64,000 bases of DNA from Aquiflexum sp. (GCF_041751335.1 NZ_JBGSXS010000138.1:6505-70504); one strand, 5' to 3'; positions 18,732-29,888 are shown, counted from the first letter of the stretch. The notes: generated from the sequence alone by a model not told the origin. Made by a program: numbers and translations.

Positions 18732-20312
18732 TTATTGTTTGGCATATTTTATAGACAAATCCTTAGCTGCCTGTTCAAGAATTTTTCCCGCTGCATCTAT
18801 ATCGCCTTTAAGAATCAACTTTAATGCGTCAGGATAACTGCTCTTCAAAAGATTGAAAAACTCTTTTTCGAATTGTCTCGCTTTATCAACAGGGATGCTA
18901 TCCATGAATCCTTTAGTGGAAACATAGATTATTGCCACCTGGTATTCCACCGGAACAGGTGAATATTGAGGTTGTTTCAAAATTTCTTGGTTTCTCCTAC
19001 CTCTATCGATAGTTCTTTTAGTGGTAGGATCTAAATCAGATCCGAATTTGGAGAAAGCCTCCAGTTCACGGAACTGCGCCTGATCAAGTTTTAGCGTACC
19101 TGCAACCTTTTTCATGGCTTTGATCTGTGCATTACCTCCAACCCTGGATACCGAGATACCCACATTGATCGCAGGACGGATACCTGCGTTAAATAGGTTG
19201 GTCTCTAGGAAAATCTGTCCATCAGTAATAGAGATTACATTGGTAGGAATATAAGCAGAAACGTCACCGCCTTGGGTTTCAATAATTGGTAAAGCTGTCA
19301 AAGATCCGCCGCCTTTCACCAAATGCCTGATTGATTCCGGCAAATCATTCATTTGCCTCGCAATCTCATCAGAATCGTTGATTTTAGCAGCTCTTTCCAA
19401 TAATCTGGAGTGAAGATAAAACACGTCACCTGGATAAGCCTCACGTCCCGGTGGTCTTCTCAATAACAAAGACACCTCTCTATATGCAACTGCCTGCTTG
19501 GAAAGGTCATCAAAAATAATCAAAGCTGGACGACCGGTATCCCGTACAAATTCACCGATACAAGCACCTGTAAATGGCGCAAAAAATTGCATTGGGGCCG
19601 GATCTGAAGCAGAAGCTGATACTACAACAGAATATGGAAGCGCACCACCTTTTTCAAGTGCCGCTACAATACTCGCAACAGTAGAAGCTTTTTGACCTAT
19701 GGCTACATATATACAAAATACAGGTTCTCCTCTTTCGTAAAATTCTTTTTGGTTTAGGATTGTATCTATGGCAACTGCAGTTTTACCTGTCTGACGGTCA
19801 CCAATGATCAATTCACGCTGGCCCCTACCAATTGGAATCATAGAGTCAATTGCTTTGATACCAGTTTGAAGTGGTTCAGTAACCGGCTGTCGGTAAATTA
19901 CCCCAGGTGCTTTACGCTCCAAAGGCATTTCATATAGTTGTCCCTCTAATGGACCTTTTCCGTCAATTGGGTTACCAAGAGTATCTACCACCCTTCCAAG
20001 CATACCATCGCCTACTTTGATAGAAGCAATCTTCTTGGTTCTCTTGACATTGTCGCCTTCCTTTACCAGTTTGGAATCTCCAAATAGTACAGCACCTACA
20101 TTGTCTTCTTCCAAGTTGAGAACCATCGCTTTAAGACCGTTGTCAAATTCCAACAATTCACCGGCTTGGGCTTTGGTAAGTCCATATATACGGGCTACAC
20201 CGTCACCCACTTGGAGTACAGTTCCCACTTCTTCAAGTTCAGCCTCAGTTTTGACATTGGAAAGTTGTTCTCTCAATATCGCTGAAACTTCATCAGGTCT
20301 AACTTGTGCCAT
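18732..20312 (-). CDS. atpA: ATP synthase F1 alpha subunit
   Basis: GDRQTGKT and [23 protein letters not shown]; start reassigned to MAQVRPDE. Confidence 0.98.
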   Translation of the reverse strand: MAQVRPDEVSAILREQLSNVKTEAELEEVGTVLQVGDGVARIYGLTKAQAGELLEFDNGLKAMVLNLEEDNVGAVLFGDSKLVKEGDNVKRTKKIASIKVGDGMLGRVVDTLGNPIDGKGPLEGQLYEMPLERKAPGVIYRQPVTEPLQTGIKAIDSMIPIGRGQRELIIGDRQTGKTAVAIDTILNQKEFYERGEPVFCIYVAIGQKASTVASIVAALEKGGALPYSVVVSASASDPAPMQFFAPFTGACIGEFVRDTGRPALIIFDDLSKQAVAYREVSLLLRRPPGREAYPGDVFYLHSRLLERAAKINDSDEIARQMNDLPESIRHLVKGGGSLTALPIIETQGGDVSAYIPTNVISITDGQIFLETNLFNAGIRPAINVGISVSRVGGNAQIKAMKKVAGTLKLDQAQFRELEAFSKFGSDLDPTTKRTIDRGRRNQEILKQPQYSPVPVEYQVAIIYVSTKGFMDSIPVDKARQFEKEFFNLLKSSYPDALKLILKGDIDAAGKILEQAAKDLSIKYAKQ

Positions 20313-20343
20313 TATATTTATATTAAAATGTTTTTCAATGATT

Positions 20344-20904
20344 TTAGAATGTTTTGACGAAATATCTCTGGGCAAATCTGAGTCTCAATGTCCTCAATTT
20401 TCCGCTAATTGAGTCGTCAAGAAGCTTATCGTTTACTTTTAGGACAAATCCACCGATTATATCTTTGTTTATTTTTTCAACCAATTCTACCTTTTCAAGT
20501 CCTGAAATTTCTTTGACAATTTCTACAAAACTTTTCTTTAGGCCTTCATTAAGCGGTAAGGTAGTCGTTACCTCTGCCACTTGTATTCCCATATGAAGAT
20601 TGTACTGTCTTTGAAATTCCTTTGCTGTAGCCAAAAGGACAGCGGATCTATTCTTCCTCGTTACTATTTCAAAAAAGGTAATTGTAATTTTATTGGCTGT
20701 CTTTTCAAAAAGTGCCTTGAGGATATTCAACTTCTTATCTGTGGATACAATTGGACTTTCCAACATGAGTACAAAATCTCTGTTCTCTAATGCAATAGAC
20801 AACAACCGATTAACATCCCCTATGACTTCTTCAAGCTGATTTTTTTCGACGGAAAGCTCTAACAATGCTTTTGCATACCGGGATGCGACTTTAAAATCTG
20901 ACAT
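20344..20904 (-). CDS. atpH: ATP synthase delta subunit
   Basis: [15 protein letters not shown]...DDS; operon position. Confidence 0.95.
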   Translation of the reverse strand: MSDFKVASRYAKALLELSVEKNQLEEVIGDVNRLLSIALENRDFVLMLESPIVSTDKKLNILKALFEKTANKITITFFEIVTRKNRSAVLLATAKEFQRQYNLHMGIQVAEVTTTLPLNEGLKKSFVEIVKEISGLEKVELVEKINKDIIGGFVLKVNDKLLDDSISGKLRTLRLRFAQRYFVKTF

Positions 20905-20906
20905 AT

Positions 20907-21401
20907 TTAGTTCAGCTTAAGATCATTTACAAATTGCTCTATCAATGCCTGTTGTGCAGCATCCTTAGTTAAGTTTTCCTTTAATAATTTTTCAGCTATT
21001 TCCAGGGATAAAACACCAACCTGAACCTTAACCTCTTCCAAAGCAGCAAGCTTTTCGGTTTCAATGGCTGCTTTTGCATTCTCAATCATTTTAGCACCTT
21101 CAAGAGAAGCCGCGTTTTTGGCCTCTTCAATCATCTGCTTAGAAGTCTCACTTGCTCTATGCAACATCTCATCTCTTTCTATTTTTGCTTCATGAATGAT
21201 TTTTTCATTTTCAGCTTTTAGGTTAGCCATTTCATTTCTGGCAATCTCTGCTGATTTCAGAGCTTCTTCAATGCTTCTTTCTCTATCATCCAATGCCGAA
21301 AGTATTGGCTTCCAAGCATACTTGGAAAGGATAAACAGAACGATCAGAAATCCAAGAGCGGACCAAAAGATCAAACCTAAACCTGGAGTAATAAGTCCCA
21401 T
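20907..21401 (-). CDS. atpF: ATP synthase F0 b subunit
   Basis: N-terminal TM, AWKPIL..L..RE..I, coiled coil. Confidence 0.95.
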   Translation of the reverse strand: MGLITPGLGLIFWSALGFLIVLFILSKYAWKPILSALDDRERSIEEALKSAEIARNEMANLKAENEKIIHEAKIERDEMLHRASETSKQMIEEAKNAASLEGAKMIENAKAAIETEKLAALEEVKVQVGVLSLEIAEKLLKENLTKDAAQQALIEQFVNDLKLN

Positions 21402-21441
21402 ATTGAATTATTTTTTTTTTTAATACTTGTCCAATTAAAGA

Positions 21442-21468
21442 AAGAGGTTGGCCTATCGCCAACCTCTT
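21442..21468 (-). terminator. Intra-operon hairpin after atpE
   Basis: 11-bp perfect inverted repeat AAGAGGTTGGC/GCCAACCTCTT with a T-rich tail on the minus strand. Confidence 0.7.
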
Positions 21469-21476
21469 GATTCTTT

Positions 21477-21731
21477 TTACAAAGTGTAATCACCCAAAGC
21501 AATAAGTAGACAAACTACTACTGCAAACAGGGAAACCACTTCAATAAGTGCAGCGATAATCAACATGGCAGTTTGGATTTTTCCAGCTGCTTCAGGTTGA
21601 CGGGCAATGCCCTCCATCGCTTGACCACCGATTCTACCAATACCTAGACCTGCGCCTATTGCAACAATTCCAGCACCGATACCAGCACCCATCAGTGCAA
21701 ATCCGGCAGTTAATAAGATTGAAGTTAACAT
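21477..21731 (-). CDS. atpE: ATP synthase F0 c subunit
   Basis: GxGxGxG, ARQPE loop, conserved Glu in ALIE. Confidence 0.97.
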   Translation of the reverse strand: MLTSILLTAGFALMGAGIGAGIVAIGAGLGIGRIGGQAMEGIARQPEAAGKIQTAMLIIAALIEVVSLFAVVVCLLIALGDYTL

Positions 21732-21770
21732 ACTTGTTTAGTTTTATAAATTGAACAAAGAAATTCTAAA

Positions 21771-22799
21771 TTAATGATGATCATGGTCTGCTACAGCCGT
21801 TCCAACATACATGGCTGTAAACAGGGTAAATACATAAGCCTGAATAGTCGCAACCAAGAGTTCGATCAAGTTGATAAATACAACCATCAAAGTACTTGCA
21901 ACACCAACTACCATGGATTCAAAAACGAATATTAAGGCAACAAAACTCAAGATCACGATGTGGCCTGCTGTAATTGCCACAAATAGCCTGACAACAAGAG
22001 ACGCTGGTTTGGTGAAAATACCGATGATTTCCACAGGAACAATTATCGGTAAAAGCGCAATTGGTACACCTGGTGGCATAAATATATGTTTCCAATATCC
22101 TTTATTCCCATTGAAAACTGTCAATAACAAGGTAAATACACCCAATACCAAGGTAAATGCAATATTTCCTGTAAGATTGCCCGCTTCTGGGAATAAACCA
22201 ATGAGGTTACCTATCCATATAAAAAAGAAAAGGGTCAATAAGTATGGAGTAAATCTTCTATAGTGCTTGGGTCCGATCTGCGTCAATGCTATCTCATCCC
22301 TTACAAAAATCACCAATGGCTCTATAAAGGAGGCAATTCCTTTCGGTGCGGTTCCAGGATTATTTCTATAATGCTTGGCAGTTGACAACATCAAATAAAG
22401 CAAAAGAGCAATGATAATAAACATCATCATTACGTTTTTGGTGATAGAAATATCATAAAATGTCCTTGACTCATCCTCGGCATGAAGGGCATGATCTTCA
22501 TCTATGTAATATCCACTTACACCATAATTTTTACCGAATTTGTGAGTGTCATGATTTTGGAAATTAGAAGACAAAAAGAACTCCAGTCCTTGATCAGGAG
22601 AATAAATGATCACCGGAAGTGGTAAAGTGACGTGAGTGTGGCCAATTGTAGCGAAATGCCATTCGTAATTGTCCATTACGTGAGGGATTAGAAACCCCGT
22701 CTTACTCTCATCGTCTCCGGCTGCTTGGACAGAATTTGAAAAGCTTAGCCAAAATACTGAAAATAAAATACTTAGGCAAAGAAATTTACGGACCATCAA
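21771..22799 (-). CDS. atpB: ATP synthase F0 a subunit
   Basis: SLVVRLF, AGH, IQAYVFTLF. Confidence 0.96.
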   Translation of the reverse strand: MMVRKFLCLSILFSVFWLSFSNSVQAAGDDESKTGFLIPHVMDNYEWHFATIGHTHVTLPLPVIIYSPDQGLEFFLSSNFQNHDTHKFGKNYGVSGYYIDEDHALHAEDESRTFYDISITKNVMMMFIIIALLLYLMLSTAKHYRNNPGTAPKGIASFIEPLVIFVRDEIALTQIGPKHYRRFTPYLLTLFFFIWIGNLIGLFPEAGNLTGNIAFTLVLGVFTLLLTVFNGNKGYWKHIFMPPGVPIALLPIIVPVEIIGIFTKPASLVVRLFVAITAGHIVILSFVALIFVFESMVVGVASTLMVVFINLIELLVATIQAYVFTLFTAMYVGTAVADHDHH

Positions 22800-22814
22800 A
22801 TGATTTTTTAGTAC

Positions 22815-23201
22815 CTAATTTGAATTTGGGCGCAAATTACTTATTAAGGTGTATATATCAAACAATAAGTAAAAGAAATAAATCGCAAAGAAATTGACCA
22901 CAAACAAAATTAAATTTTCAGTGCCGATGAAAAGTAGGATAGCAACAAAACCAATACTTGCCAAAAAACGAATGGCCATTGCACCTAAAAGAATATTGAC
23001 GGAATTTTCTTTGCTCAGCTCCAAAAGATAATGTGAGAACATTCCCGTCAACCATGTTAGAAGAACAAAGAATGACAGAATCATCCACATAGTTTCATGC
23101 ACCCAATCAACCTTGATATATTCCTGCAAAAGGAAGATGATACCTGCGATTATCAGTGAAAAAAACAATAATTTAATGGTCAGTTTTTTTATGGCCTTCA
23201 T
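22815..23201 (-). CDS. Four-TM AtpI-like membrane protein
   Basis: Four hydrophobic segments; directly upstream of atpB. Confidence 0.6.
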   Translation of the reverse strand: MKAIKKLTIKLLFFSLIIAGIIFLLQEYIKVDWVHETMWMILSFFVLLTWLTGMFSHYLLELSKENSVNILLGAMAIRFLASIGFVAILLFIGTENLILFVVNFFAIYFFYLLFDIYTLISNLRPNSN

Positions 23202-23225
23202 TTTTAAGACATGTAGGCCTCAAAA

Positions 23226-23477
23226 CTATAATTTTTTCTTGTCATCCTCTGATTTTTCATCATTTTTCATACTGATGAACAATTGATAAAAAGCAACCAA
23301 GATAGATAGGAAACAAAACAGCAAAAGCCAAACAGGAAACCTCATCAGGCTTTTTTGTTGAACATACCATCCTAGCCAAGTGCCCAGTCCAATAATGGTG
23401 AATAGCTGAAAAGAAAGACCTATATATTTGAGATAGGTATTAGAGTGAGGCGATTTGTTTTTTTGGCTGCTCTTCAC
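23226..23477 (-). CDS. AtpZ/AtpI-family small membrane protein
   Basis: YLKYIGLSFQL...LGWY pattern; two TMs. Confidence 0.75.
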   Translation of the reverse strand: MKSSQKNKSPHSNTYLKYIGLSFQLFTIIGLGTWLGWYVQQKSLMRFPVWLLLFCFLSILVAFYQLFISMKNDEKSEDDKKKL

Positions 23478-23874
23478 TTTGGTTTGACTTGGAAATTACC
23501 AAGGATTGGCTTGAAGATGTCATCTGACATTTTCCATTGAAAACCGCACCGTTTTCTACCACAAGTTTTTGGGTAGTGATGTTTCCAGTCACAATTGCGG
23601 TTTTGTTGAGGTAGAGGGTTCCCGAACAGTGTACCTCTCCTTCTACCTTACCTGAAATTTCTGCATCGGGTGATGAAATATTGCCAATAATGATGGCGGA
23701 ATCTCCAATCACGATCTTAGTCTTGGATTGGACTAAACCTTCCAAGTGTCCTTCTATGCGGATGTTACCTGAGGCATCGATATCACCTACAATCTTGGTT
23801 TCCTTCGAAATTACATTTGTGGAGTTGACCATCTCCACAGCCGATTTCTTTTCTGTTGTGTTGTTGTTGAACAT
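23440..23874 (-). CDS. Bactofilin (polymer-forming cytoskeletal protein)
   Basis: IVGDI...IRIEG...VTGNI...LVVENGAVFNGKCQM beta-helix pattern. Confidence 0.9.
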   Translation of the reverse strand: MFNNNTTEKKSAVEMVNSTNVISKETKIVGDIDASGNIRIEGHLEGLVQSKTKIVIGDSAIIIGNISSPDAEISGKVEGEVHCSGTLYLNKTAIVTGNITTQKLVVENGAVFNGKCQMTSSSQSLVISKSNQSEEQPKKQIASL

Positions 23875-23876
23875 AG

Positions 23877-24740
23877 CTAATCAAATGTGATGAATTCTTG
23901 GGGATTAAGTGGGGTACCTTTGTACCAAAGTTCAAAATGGAGATGTTGTCCTGAAGTAAGCTCACCTGTATTTCCAATAATGGAAATAATTTCTCCTCCT
24001 CTAACTACATCTCCAATCTTCTTCAATAATACCGAATTATGTTTATAAATAGAAATCAATTCGTTAGAATGTTGGATGCCGATTATATAACCTGTATCCA
24101 AGGTCCATGTGGAAAGAATGACTGTTCCATCTGCAATGGTTTTGACAGGTTCATTTTCTTTGGCTACAATATCAACACCGAAGTGGTCATTCTGTGGCGC
24201 AAACACTGAGGTGATTACTCCTTTGATAGGTGAAAAGAAAAATGTTTCTATAAAAGTATTTTTAGATACTTCTATCTGACCCGTGAAATCTAATGGCATC
24301 CCTTTGAATTCTTCCAAAATACTTTTGGTTGCTTCACTAGGCTCAAAGGATTCAGGTCGTCTTGCTTCTCCAAGTGTGGACGTATCCTCCGACATTAATG
24401 GGTCAAAATCACTTTCCCCGTCGATTACCCTTTGAATATTTGACAAATAATTGTCTTTTTGCCGTACAGTATTAGACAAGGAGTCCACCAAATCAGATAA
24501 GGCAATTATCTTTGCTGTGTTTTCGGACTCCATGTATACCGGATCAAACCACTGTCTTAGGATGGTCTTGGTCATTAAAAGGGAAAAAGCAAATAATAAT
24601 ATAAACAAAAAGGAAAACAGAATGATAATCCTGCCAAAGGAGATATTAAATGATCCTAAAACAGAAAAATCATGTTCTTTTCTGATGACAAACAGGTATT
24701 TTGAGGTCAGCCAGTTTGCTATTTTTTTCTTAAGACTCAA
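23877..24740 (-). CDS. M23 family metallopeptidase
   Basis: HFGVD, YKH and HLHFE zinc motifs; N-terminal TM. Confidence 0.92.
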   Translation of the reverse strand: MSLKKKIANWLTSKYLFVIRKEHDFSVLGSFNISFGRIIILFSFLFILLFAFSLLMTKTILRQWFDPVYMESENTAKIIALSDLVDSLSNTVRQKDNYLSNIQRVIDGESDFDPLMSEDTSTLGEARRPESFEPSEATKSILEEFKGMPLDFTGQIEVSKNTFIETFFFSPIKGVITSVFAPQNDHFGVDIVAKENEPVKTIADGTVILSTWTLDTGYIIGIQHSNELISIYKHNSVLLKKIGDVVRGGEIISIIGNTGELTSGQHLHFELWYKGTPLNPQEFITFD

Positions 24741-24847
24741 TCTTTTGCTATTTGATTTGGGGATTCAAAAATATAATAATAATTCGAAGCGTTTACTAAA
24801 TTACATCATTTACAGTAATTTAGGAAAATTATGGCAAAGGCGTTAGC

Positions 24848-27490
24848 ATGAACCGATTCAAATATTTATTTCTATTTATCATCACCCTTCTGGTACTGTC
24901 CTGTTCCTCAGAACGTAACACGTTTACTAATAGGATGTATCACAATACAACGGCAAAATATAATGCATATTTTTATGCCAATGCTAAAATTGAAGAGTTG
25001 GAGACTGGTATTCAAAATAACCATAGGGAGGACTTCAGTCAAGTACTTCCTGTTTTCTATACCATTGACAGTGCTTTTATTGAACAAAATGAGGAGCTGT
25101 TAAAAGAGGTACGGGAGTTTGCTTCCCGTGCTGTGGATTGGCATAGGATCTCAAAGTGGAAAGATCCAAGTTATTTTTTGATAGGAATGGCAGATTATTA
25201 CAATGCAGAGTTTGATGATGCAGCCAATACTTTCAGGTATTTAAATGTCAACAGCAAAAAGAAAAAAATCAGGCATCAAAGTCTTGTCCAATTAATGAGA
25301 CTTTATACTGATCAGAAAAAATTTGAGGATGCCACATATGTCATTGACTTCTTAACAAAAGAATCCGGTATAAGCAAAGAGAATAAATTTCACCTTTACA
25401 AAACACTGGCCTATTATTATGACAGCAGGGAGGATATAAACGGAAAAGTAGGTTCACTCGATAGAGCGCTCGGTTTTACTAAGGACAAAAAGGAAAAATC
25501 ACGGATCAACTTTATCCTTGCACAACTTTATCAGAGAGAGGGGCTTGATGCATTGGCGTATGACTATTATCTCAAAGCTGTCAAGGGGAATCCTCCTTAT
25601 GAAAGAAGCTTCTTTGCACTATTGTATGCTCAGCAGGTGGCCGAACTCAATAAAAGTAAAGATATCAAAAAAGTAAGGACTTACTTTGATGACCTATACA
25701 AGGACAGTAAAAACAGGGATTTGAAAGATGTCATTCTTTATGAAAAGGCACTATTTGAGTTGAAACAGGATGAATTGGAAGAAGCTGAAATTCTCCTCCG
25801 GAGAGCTGCAAAGGAAGAGGGAAGTAACCCAATTCAAAAAGGTTATATTTATGAAAAACTGGCCGAAATTAGTTTTGATATCAAAAATGACTTCAGGGCA
25901 GCAAAGTATTATCTCGACAGTGCCCTGACACATTTCAGACCGACTGATTCTTCCTATGATTTTATAGTGGCAAGAAAAGAAATCCTTGATCGATATGTTA
26001 CCAACTATGATACAGTAGAAAAATATGACAGTCTCATCCAACTCAGTGGATTGAGCCGGGAAGAACAGGAGTTGATTGCTGAGGCATTTATTAAAAGTGA
26101 AGAAGAACGATTGATTCGTCAAGCCGAAATAAAAGACCAACCCAAGTCTGCCGGAATTTTTGACAATCTACTTGCTTTCGGTGGCAGAGGTGGCGGGGAA
26201 TCATTTTACTTTGATAATGCTGTAGCCTTGCAGCAAGGTTCCATTGATTTTAATAGAAATTGGGGAAACAGACCTTTGCAGGACAACTGGAGGAGAAATG
26301 TGCAAAGTTTGCAATCCACTGCTACAAGTACCAATACTTCCGATCTTGATGATCTAGCTGATTCAGATGCAGAAGCTGATCTGGAGGAAAATTCCGCTAT
26401 TTCCCAAATTCCCGATGTTGAAACGCTATTGGCCCAAATACCAAGCGATCCTGCTCAAATACAAGCCATGAAATTGGACTTGGAAAAATCTTATTTTGAA
26501 TTGGGTAAGATTTTGTTTTTTGATTTAAGAGTTCCCGAGATCAGTATAGAATACCTTGAAAGCTTGATAACCAAATATCCTAATACCATCAAAAAACCTG
26601 AAGCCTACTACATTCTCTATTTGGCAAAAAAAGAAATCGGCAGAGATTTTCAGGCTTATGCACAGCGATTAAACATGGAATTTCCTGAATCTCCATACAC
26701 ATTTTCGGTAAATAATCCAGATGGAAGTGTTGGGAATTTGGCTTATTTGGAATCATCCAAAAATTATAAGCAAGCTTATGAAATGTATTATAATAGGCAG
26801 TATCAGACTTCAAGACAACTAATACGTACAACTTTAGAAGCTTATCCACTAACCAGAAATACCGACAGATTATTGCTTTTGGATATAATGGTTTCAGGTA
26901 AAATCGATGAATCTGATCGGTATAGACAAAGGCTCGAAAATTACATCCAAACCACGGAGAACGAAGATTTGACAAATATGGCAAGAATTATGCTTGCTGT
27001 ATTGACTGGTGAAAGTGATGGTTTAAATGGAGATGATCTTGATGAGGAATTGGATGAAAGTCTTGAAGATGAAGATCAGATAGTGGAAGATAGTGAAGAA
27101 GATAATGAGGTTGAGGAAAGTCCTTACAATGAAAATCCTAATCAAACCCATATATTTGTGATTGTCCTTCCTGCAGACCAATCCAAAGAATCCAAAAATC
27201 TTTTGGCTGACCTTGAAGTATTCCATTCTCAGAATTTCGCCAGTTCAAGACTCCGTACCGGCAATATGAACCTTAGCCGTGAAAATGTAATTTTCATAGT
27301 AAGTCCTTTTAACAATGCTGAAAAAGGCCTAGACTACAGAGAAAAATTCTTAAACAATTTCCAAACTGCAGCCATTTCTGATGAAAACAAAGCAAATACT
27401 TTCCTGATTTCAATCGAAAATTTCCAAGAATTGAACAAAAGAAAAAACCTGGATGAATACAGATCATTCTATAAGAAAGCATACCAATAA
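24848..27490 (+). CDS. sprE: TPR lipoprotein SprE/PorW of the type IX secretion system
   Basis: Lipobox LSC; YHNTTAKYNAYF; TPRs; FYFDN...WGNRPLQDNWRR. Confidence 0.85.
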   Translation: MNRFKYLFLFIITLLVLSCSSERNTFTNRMYHNTTAKYNAYFYANAKIEELETGIQNNHREDFSQVLPVFYTIDSAFIEQNEELLKEVREFASRAVDWHRISKWKDPSYFLIGMADYYNAEFDDAANTFRYLNVNSKKKKIRHQSLVQLMRLYTDQKKFEDATYVIDFLTKESGISKENKFHLYKTLAYYYDSREDINGKVGSLDRALGFTKDKKEKSRINFILAQLYQREGLDALAYDYYLKAVKGNPPYERSFFALLYAQQVAELNKSKDIKKVRTYFDDLYKDSKNRDLKDVILYEKALFELKQDELEEAEILLRRAAKEEGSNPIQKGYIYEKLAEISFDIKNDFRAAKYYLDSALTHFRPTDSSYDFIVARKEILDRYVTNYDTVEKYDSLIQLSGLSREEQELIAEAFIKSEEERLIRQAEIKDQPKSAGIFDNLLAFGGRGGGESFYFDNAVALQQGSIDFNRNWGNRPLQDNWRRNVQSLQSTATSTNTSDLDDLADSDAEADLEENSAISQIPDVETLLAQIPSDPAQIQAMKLDLEKSYFELGKILFFDLRVPEISIEYLESLITKYPNTIKKPEAYYILYLAKKEIGRDFQAYAQRLNMEFPESPYTFSVNNPDGSVGNLAYLESSKNYKQAYEMYYNRQYQTSRQLIRTTLEAYPLTRNTDRLLLLDIMVSGKIDESDRYRQRLENYIQTTENEDLTNMARIMLAVLTGESDGLNGDDLDEELDESLEDEDQIVEDSEEDNEVEESPYNENPNQTHIFVIVLPADQSKESKNLLADLEVFHSQNFASSRLRTGNMNLSRENVIFIVSPFNNAEKGLDYREKFLNNFQTAAISDENKANTFLISIENFQELNKRKNLDEYRSFYKKAYQ

Positions 27491-27520
27491 AATCCCCACA
27501 TCCTTAATTTCAGAATTTAA

Positions 27521-29797
27521 ATGACCCAAAAAATAATTAGAGTAATTTGGATAACCTTCGCAGCGGGACTGATAGGGTTTGTTTTATTTGTCTGGGCAGT
27601 CAGTGGAAATTTTTTAGGACTCTTTGGTGAGTTGCCTGATTTCAAAGAATTGGAAAATCCTCAAAGTGAGGTTGCCTCCGAATTATATTCCTCTGATGGC
27701 ATGCTTATGGGGAATTACTTTAGAGAAAACCGAAGTCCTGTTTCCTATTTTGAGCTTTCGCCCAATCTTGTCAATGCCCTGATCGCAACAGAAGATGTTC
27801 GTTTTGAAAAACATTCAGGTATTGATTTACATAGTATGGGAAGAGTTTTGTTCAAATCCCTAATTCTCAGACAAGGCGCGGGTGGTGGAAGTACCTTAAG
27901 TCAGCAAACTGCTAAAAACCTTTTCAAAACCCGCAACCTAGAGTCTCAGGGCATATTGAGCCGGGTGCCGGGACTTAGAATGCTGATCATCAAAACCAAG
28001 GAATGGATAGTGGCTGCTAAGCTGGAAAAATCTTATACCAAGGATGAGATTCTCACACTTTACCTCAACACTTCCGAATTTGGAAGTAATGCTTATGGAA
28101 TAAAAACTGCATCTAAGACTTTCTTCAATAAGGAACCCTCAGAACTGAATGTTCAGGAATCTGCAGTGCTTGTGGGTTTATTCAAAGCACCATCTTATTA
28201 CAGCCCGGTCTTTAATCCTGACAATTCTCTTAGAAGAAGGAATACCGTGTTGTATCAAATGGAGAAATACGGTATGCTGAGTGAGTTGGAATATGACTCA
28301 TTGACGAAAATGCCGATTGAACTTGATTATAAAGTGGAAAATCAAAATCAGGGAATGGCCACCTATTTCCGTGAAGTAATCAAATCGGATCTGATCAAAT
28401 GGACAAAAGAGAACCTGAAGCCTGATGGAACACCTTATGATCTTTTCGGAGATGGACTCAAAATATACACTACCATCGATAGTAGGATGCAACGCTATGC
28501 GGAAGAAGCCGTGCAGGAACATATGAGGGAGTTGCAGAGAAAGTTTGAAAAAGAAATGGGCAATAGAGAACCATGGATTGACAACAACGGACAGGTCATA
28601 GCCAACTTTATAGAAACTCAGGTAAAACGAACAGAAGCATACAGGAATTTGGTAAAAAGATATGGTGCCAATTCAGATTCGGTCAATATCAAGCTCAATG
28701 AGAAAAAAAGAATGAAAGTTTTCTCGTGGGATCGGGATGAAATTGATACACTTTTGAGTACCATGGATTCCTTGAGGCATTATAAAAAATTCCTTCAAAC
28801 CGGATTTGTTTCCATGGATCCAAAATCAGGTCATATCAAAGCTTGGGTTGGGGGTATCAATTACAAACATTTCAAGTTTGACCATGTGCGTCAGAGTAAA
28901 AGGCAGCCTGGTTCCACTTTCAAAGCATTTGTTTATGCCGCTGCTATTGAGAATGGTTATAGCCCTTGTTACACCGTTGTTGACCAACCTATAGAAATCA
29001 ATATTCCTGGACAGCCTACCTGGACCCCAAAAAATGCTGACGGCAAATTTTCCTATGAGAAGATGTCTATCCGATTGGCAATGGCACAATCGGTTAACTC
29101 TGTATCTGCATACATGATGAAAAAACTGGGGCCAAGAATAGTTGTTGAAACTGCCCACCGACTAGGAATCACTAGCGATTTGGAAGAGGTTCCGGCTTTG
29201 GCTTTAGGTACAAGTGATGTCTCTGTGATGGAAATGGTGGGTGCGATGGGAACTTTTGTCAATCAAGGAGAACATATCGTCCCATTCTATATTGATAGGA
29301 TAGAAGATAAAAACGGTAATTTATTGCAGCAATTCACCCCAAAGAAAAAACCGGCCATGAGTGAGGAACATGCTTACTTGATGTTACATATGCTAAGAGG
29401 AGGTTTTGAAGAAACAAGGGGAACAAGTCAAGGTGTCCCTTGGTCATTGAGAGATGAAGGTAACCAATTAGGTGGGAAAACAGGAACCACGCAAAATGCC
29501 TCAGATGGTTGGTATATGGGCTTAAGCAAAGACTTGGTTTCTGGTGCTTGGGTAGGCGGAGATGACCGTGCCATTCACTTCAGAAGTTGGGTCAGTGGAC
29601 AGGGCGGACAGACAGCAAGACCAATATGGGTCAAATATATGTCTAAGGTTTATGCTGACACTTCCTTGGGAATCACCAAAGGCGCATTCCCTAGGCCTGA
29701 AAGGCCATTGAGCATTGAAATCGATTGTGGAAAATATCAGCTTGAAAACAGCAGGTTTTCTGATTTTGATTATGACGCCAAAAGGAACGATTTCTAA
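27521..29797 (+). CDS. Class A penicillin-binding protein 1A
   Basis: EDVRF..H.G, GGSTLSQQ, STFK, SVN and KTG motifs. Confidence 0.95.
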   Translation: MTQKIIRVIWITFAAGLIGFVLFVWAVSGNFLGLFGELPDFKELENPQSEVASELYSSDGMLMGNYFRENRSPVSYFELSPNLVNALIATEDVRFEKHSGIDLHSMGRVLFKSLILRQGAGGGSTLSQQTAKNLFKTRNLESQGILSRVPGLRMLIIKTKEWIVAAKLEKSYTKDEILTLYLNTSEFGSNAYGIKTASKTFFNKEPSELNVQESAVLVGLFKAPSYYSPVFNPDNSLRRRNTVLYQMEKYGMLSELEYDSLTKMPIELDYKVENQNQGMATYFREVIKSDLIKWTKENLKPDGTPYDLFGDGLKIYTTIDSRMQRYAEEAVQEHMRELQRKFEKEMGNREPWIDNNGQVIANFIETQVKRTEAYRNLVKRYGANSDSVNIKLNEKKRMKVFSWDRDEIDTLLSTMDSLRHYKKFLQTGFVSMDPKSGHIKAWVGGINYKHFKFDHVRQSKRQPGSTFKAFVYAAAIENGYSPCYTVVDQPIEINIPGQPTWTPKNADGKFSYEKMSIRLAMAQSVNSVSAYMMKKLGPRIVVETAHRLGITSDLEEVPALALGTSDVSVMEMVGAMGTFVNQGEHIVPFYIDRIEDKNGNLLQQFTPKKKPAMSEEHAYLMLHMLRGGFEETRGTSQGVPWSLRDEGNQLGGKTGTTQNASDGWYMGLSKDLVSGAWVGGDDRAIHFRSWVSGQGGQTARPIWVKYMSKVYADTSLGITKGAFPRPERPLSIEIDCGKYQLENSRFSDFDYDAKRNDF

Positions 29798-29849
29798 TTA
29801 AGGTTCCGGTCTTATTATCAAATGTTTGAACTGTACCTAAGCTTAAAAT

Positions 29850-29888
29850 AATACCAATGCCTGTAATGATACAGGCATTGGTATTTTT
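29850..29888 (+). terminator. Terminator after PBP1A
   Basis: 16-bp perfect stem AATACCAATGCCTGTA-ATGA-TACAGGCATTGGTATT followed by Ts. Confidence 0.85.

Noticed and set aside
21411-21421. T11 homopolymer as a phase-variation tract
   Set aside because: It reads as an A-rich translation initiation region of atpF, typical of Bacteroidota.
21477-21731. Na+-coupled ATP synthase
   Set aside because: The c subunit has Ile and Val where Na+-type rings have Gln and Ser, consistent with H+ coupling.
17779-22799. Missing atpD/atpC as an anomaly
   Set aside because: A split atp operon is usual in Cytophagales and Flavobacteriales.
27010-27125. Purine-rich GA(T/A) repeat-like DNA
   Set aside because: Explained by an acidic low-complexity linker in SprE.
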